NCBI GenBank assembly: GCA_937875855.1
Contig: CALFHF010000144.1
Coordinates: 1 to 60,504 of the forward strand
Length of the DNA stretch: 60,504 nucleotides
Source of the DNA: an uncultured Flavobacteriales bacterium
GTDB taxonomy: Bacteria > Bacteroidota > Bacteroidia > Flavobacteriales_D > JABDKJ01
Reading direction: 5' to 3'
Below, one piece after another: positions 59,039-60,504 of the stretch; the first letter of the stretch is position 1; the number at the start of each line of letters is the position of its first letter. The position numbers and the translations under genes are program-made. The notes below the pieces were generated by a model. It was not told where the DNA came from. It saw nothing but the letters and a program-made list of their open reading frames with translations, and did no database searches.

Positions 59039-60504
59039 ATGAAGAGAATTCTATCCATTCTACTCAGCTTATTTTGCGCGTATACCATCCAATCTCAAGT
59101 GGTGGTCAACGGAAATGAGACCGTTACCTCCTGGATCCAAGATGTTCTCGTAGGAGAAGGTGTTTCTGTCTCTAATGTAATGGTAAATGGCATGCCAGGG
59201 AATCAACTCCATATTCAAGTGGGCGGATTTAGTGATGCCAATCAAGACATTGGGCTTGGCTACGGAATGATTTTGGGAACCGGTAATATCAACATGGCTT
59301 CACAGCCAAATATCGGTGGTGGATCCAGTTTACCAGGCGCAGGTGATAACTACACCTTCGCTCCTTTAGAAGCACTGACTCCTTTCAGCGTTAATGATCA
59401 AGTGATTATAGAATTCGATTTCATTCCGCAAGGAGATACATTAACCTTCAACTATGTCTTCGCTTCTGAGGAATATGAAGAATATGTGTGCGGAACGGTG
59501 AATGACGTTTTCGGATTCTTTTTGTCAGGTACTAATCCTGCTGGAGGAGTCTATGTAAATGAAAACATCGCATTAATCCCAGACCCAGCAGATCCCACAC
59601 TTTATACAAGTACTCCAGTTTCCATCAATACAGTAAACCCAGGTGTGGTAGGGAGTAATGGACAAGATGCGAATTGCAGCGATATAGACCCTAACTGGGC
59701 TGATTACAATATCTTCTACACACCTAACGTGACCAACACCTACGAGTATGATGGACGAACTGTGATATTAACCGCTAGGGCCATTGTTAACTGTGGAGAG
59801 AGCTATCACATCACGCTTGGAATAGGAGATGGCGGTGATACTGCGTTCGACTCAGCAGTATTCTTGGAAGCAGGAAGCTTCAGCGCTGAGCCAGCAGGAT
59901 TAACCTTGCAAAGTCTTTTCCCTCTTGGCTTAGTAGAGATAAGCAGCACCTGTGATACGGCAGTGGCTAGAATCTCTAGACCATGTTCAGCTGACTCGGC
60001 ATTCTATGTCTTGAATTATCTGATCAATGACAGTACTGCCACCTATGGATTTGATTATCAACCTTTACCTACTTTCCTTTATATGCTTCCTGGACAAACT
60101 GATTCCTTGTTTGGAATCATCACCATTCCTGATGGTGTAGCTGAAGATGTTGAATATATATGTATTGAAATCAGTGAATCAGATAGTGAATTCGGGACAT
60201 ACACCGTGTTAGATACGGCATGTGTCGCCATTATTGACAGCTATACATTCCCAGTGATCGCTGACCAAGAATATATTTATTGCCCTAAGGATTCTGCAGA
60301 ACTATTGCTCGTACCTGAATTCCCCGGAGTGGGGCCGTTTACCTACGGATGGTATCTAGAGGGAGATTTGGTTTATGAGGATAATCCATACCTATCAGCT
60401 GTTCCCGTCAATTTCTTGGATACTCTCATTTATGATTTAATCATTGTAGATTTTTGCGGAGCTATGAATGACCCCCAACAAAGCTTGGTAGCCAATTTCA
60501 TTCC
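59039..60504 (+). CDS. Choice-of-anchor-L domain protein (paralog 3), 3'-partial at the window end
   Basis: Hand translation: MKRILSILLSLFCAYTIQSQ..., IIEFDFIPQGDTLTFNYVFASEEYEEY, YHITLGIGDGGDTAFDSAVFLEAGSF. The frame is open to the last base, so it is not in the ORF track (no stop). Confidence 0.85.
   Translation, partial: MKRILSILLSLFCAYTIQSQVVVNGNETVTSWIQDVLVGEGVSVSNVMVNGMPGNQLHIQVGGFSDANQDIGLGYGMILGTGNINMASQPNIGGGSSLPGAGDNYTFAPLEALTPFSVNDQVIIEFDFIPQGDTLTFNYVFASEEYEEYVCGTVNDVFGFFLSGTNPAGGVYVNENIALIPDPADPTLYTSTPVSINTVNPGVVGSNGQDANCSDIDPNWADYNIFYTPNVTNTYEYDGRTVILTARAIVNCGESYHITLGIGDGGDTAFDSAVFLEAGSFSAEPAGLTLQSLFPLGLVEISSTCDTAVARISRPCSADSAFYVLNYLINDSTATYGFDYQPLPTFLYMLPGQTDSLFGIITIPDGVAEDVEYICIEISESDSEFGTYTVLDTACVAIIDSYTFPVIADQEYIYCPKDSAELLLVPEFPGVGPFTYGWYLEGDLVYEDNPYLSAVPVNFLDTLIYDLIIVDFCGAMNDPQQSLVANFI

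Overview
This 60.5-kb window is a chromosomal segment from a Bacteroidota, probably Flavobacteriia-like, genome. The evidence is T9SS type A and type B C-terminal sorting domains, a PorP/SprF gene, TAnnTTTG-type -7 boxes and little Shine-Dalgarno signal. I call about 45 CDS and one tRNA-Gln(UUG).

The housekeeping genes are ptrB, recJ, gcdH, hemD, rnpA, an S41 peptidase, rimP-nusA-infB, purD, purQ, udk, tdh, cysS and tsaB. These are interleaved with envelope and glycan genes (O-antigen-ligase-like, GT4, GT2, DUF2723, NodB deacetylase, TolC plus adaptor). There are also several T9SS cargo loci:
- an ASST-like enzyme;
- a 1504-aa HYR-repeat protein followed by PorP/SprF and an OmpA-family gene;
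- three tandem choice-of-anchor-L paralogs, the last cut by the window end.

I found no CRISPR array, integrase, transposase, reverse transcriptase or recognisable defence or toxin operon. I therefore cannot claim a clear new multi-gene system.

The most unusual signal is a ~190-bp non-coding module, about 90% identical in two copies with the first 55 nt identical. It is placed directly upstream of two only distantly related small outer-membrane beta-barrel genes, the second of which is co-transcribed with an acidic lipoprotein of unknown function.

Other items worth a second look:
- a 5'-truncated T9SS cargo remnant containing heptamer-based inverted repeats;
- a 59-aa membrane ORF missing from the ORF track;
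- a 610-bp apparently non-coding spacer downstream of infB;
- an orphan TolC/adaptor pair;
- the tandem T9SS cargo array.

All family assignments come from motif recognition by eye, not database searches.
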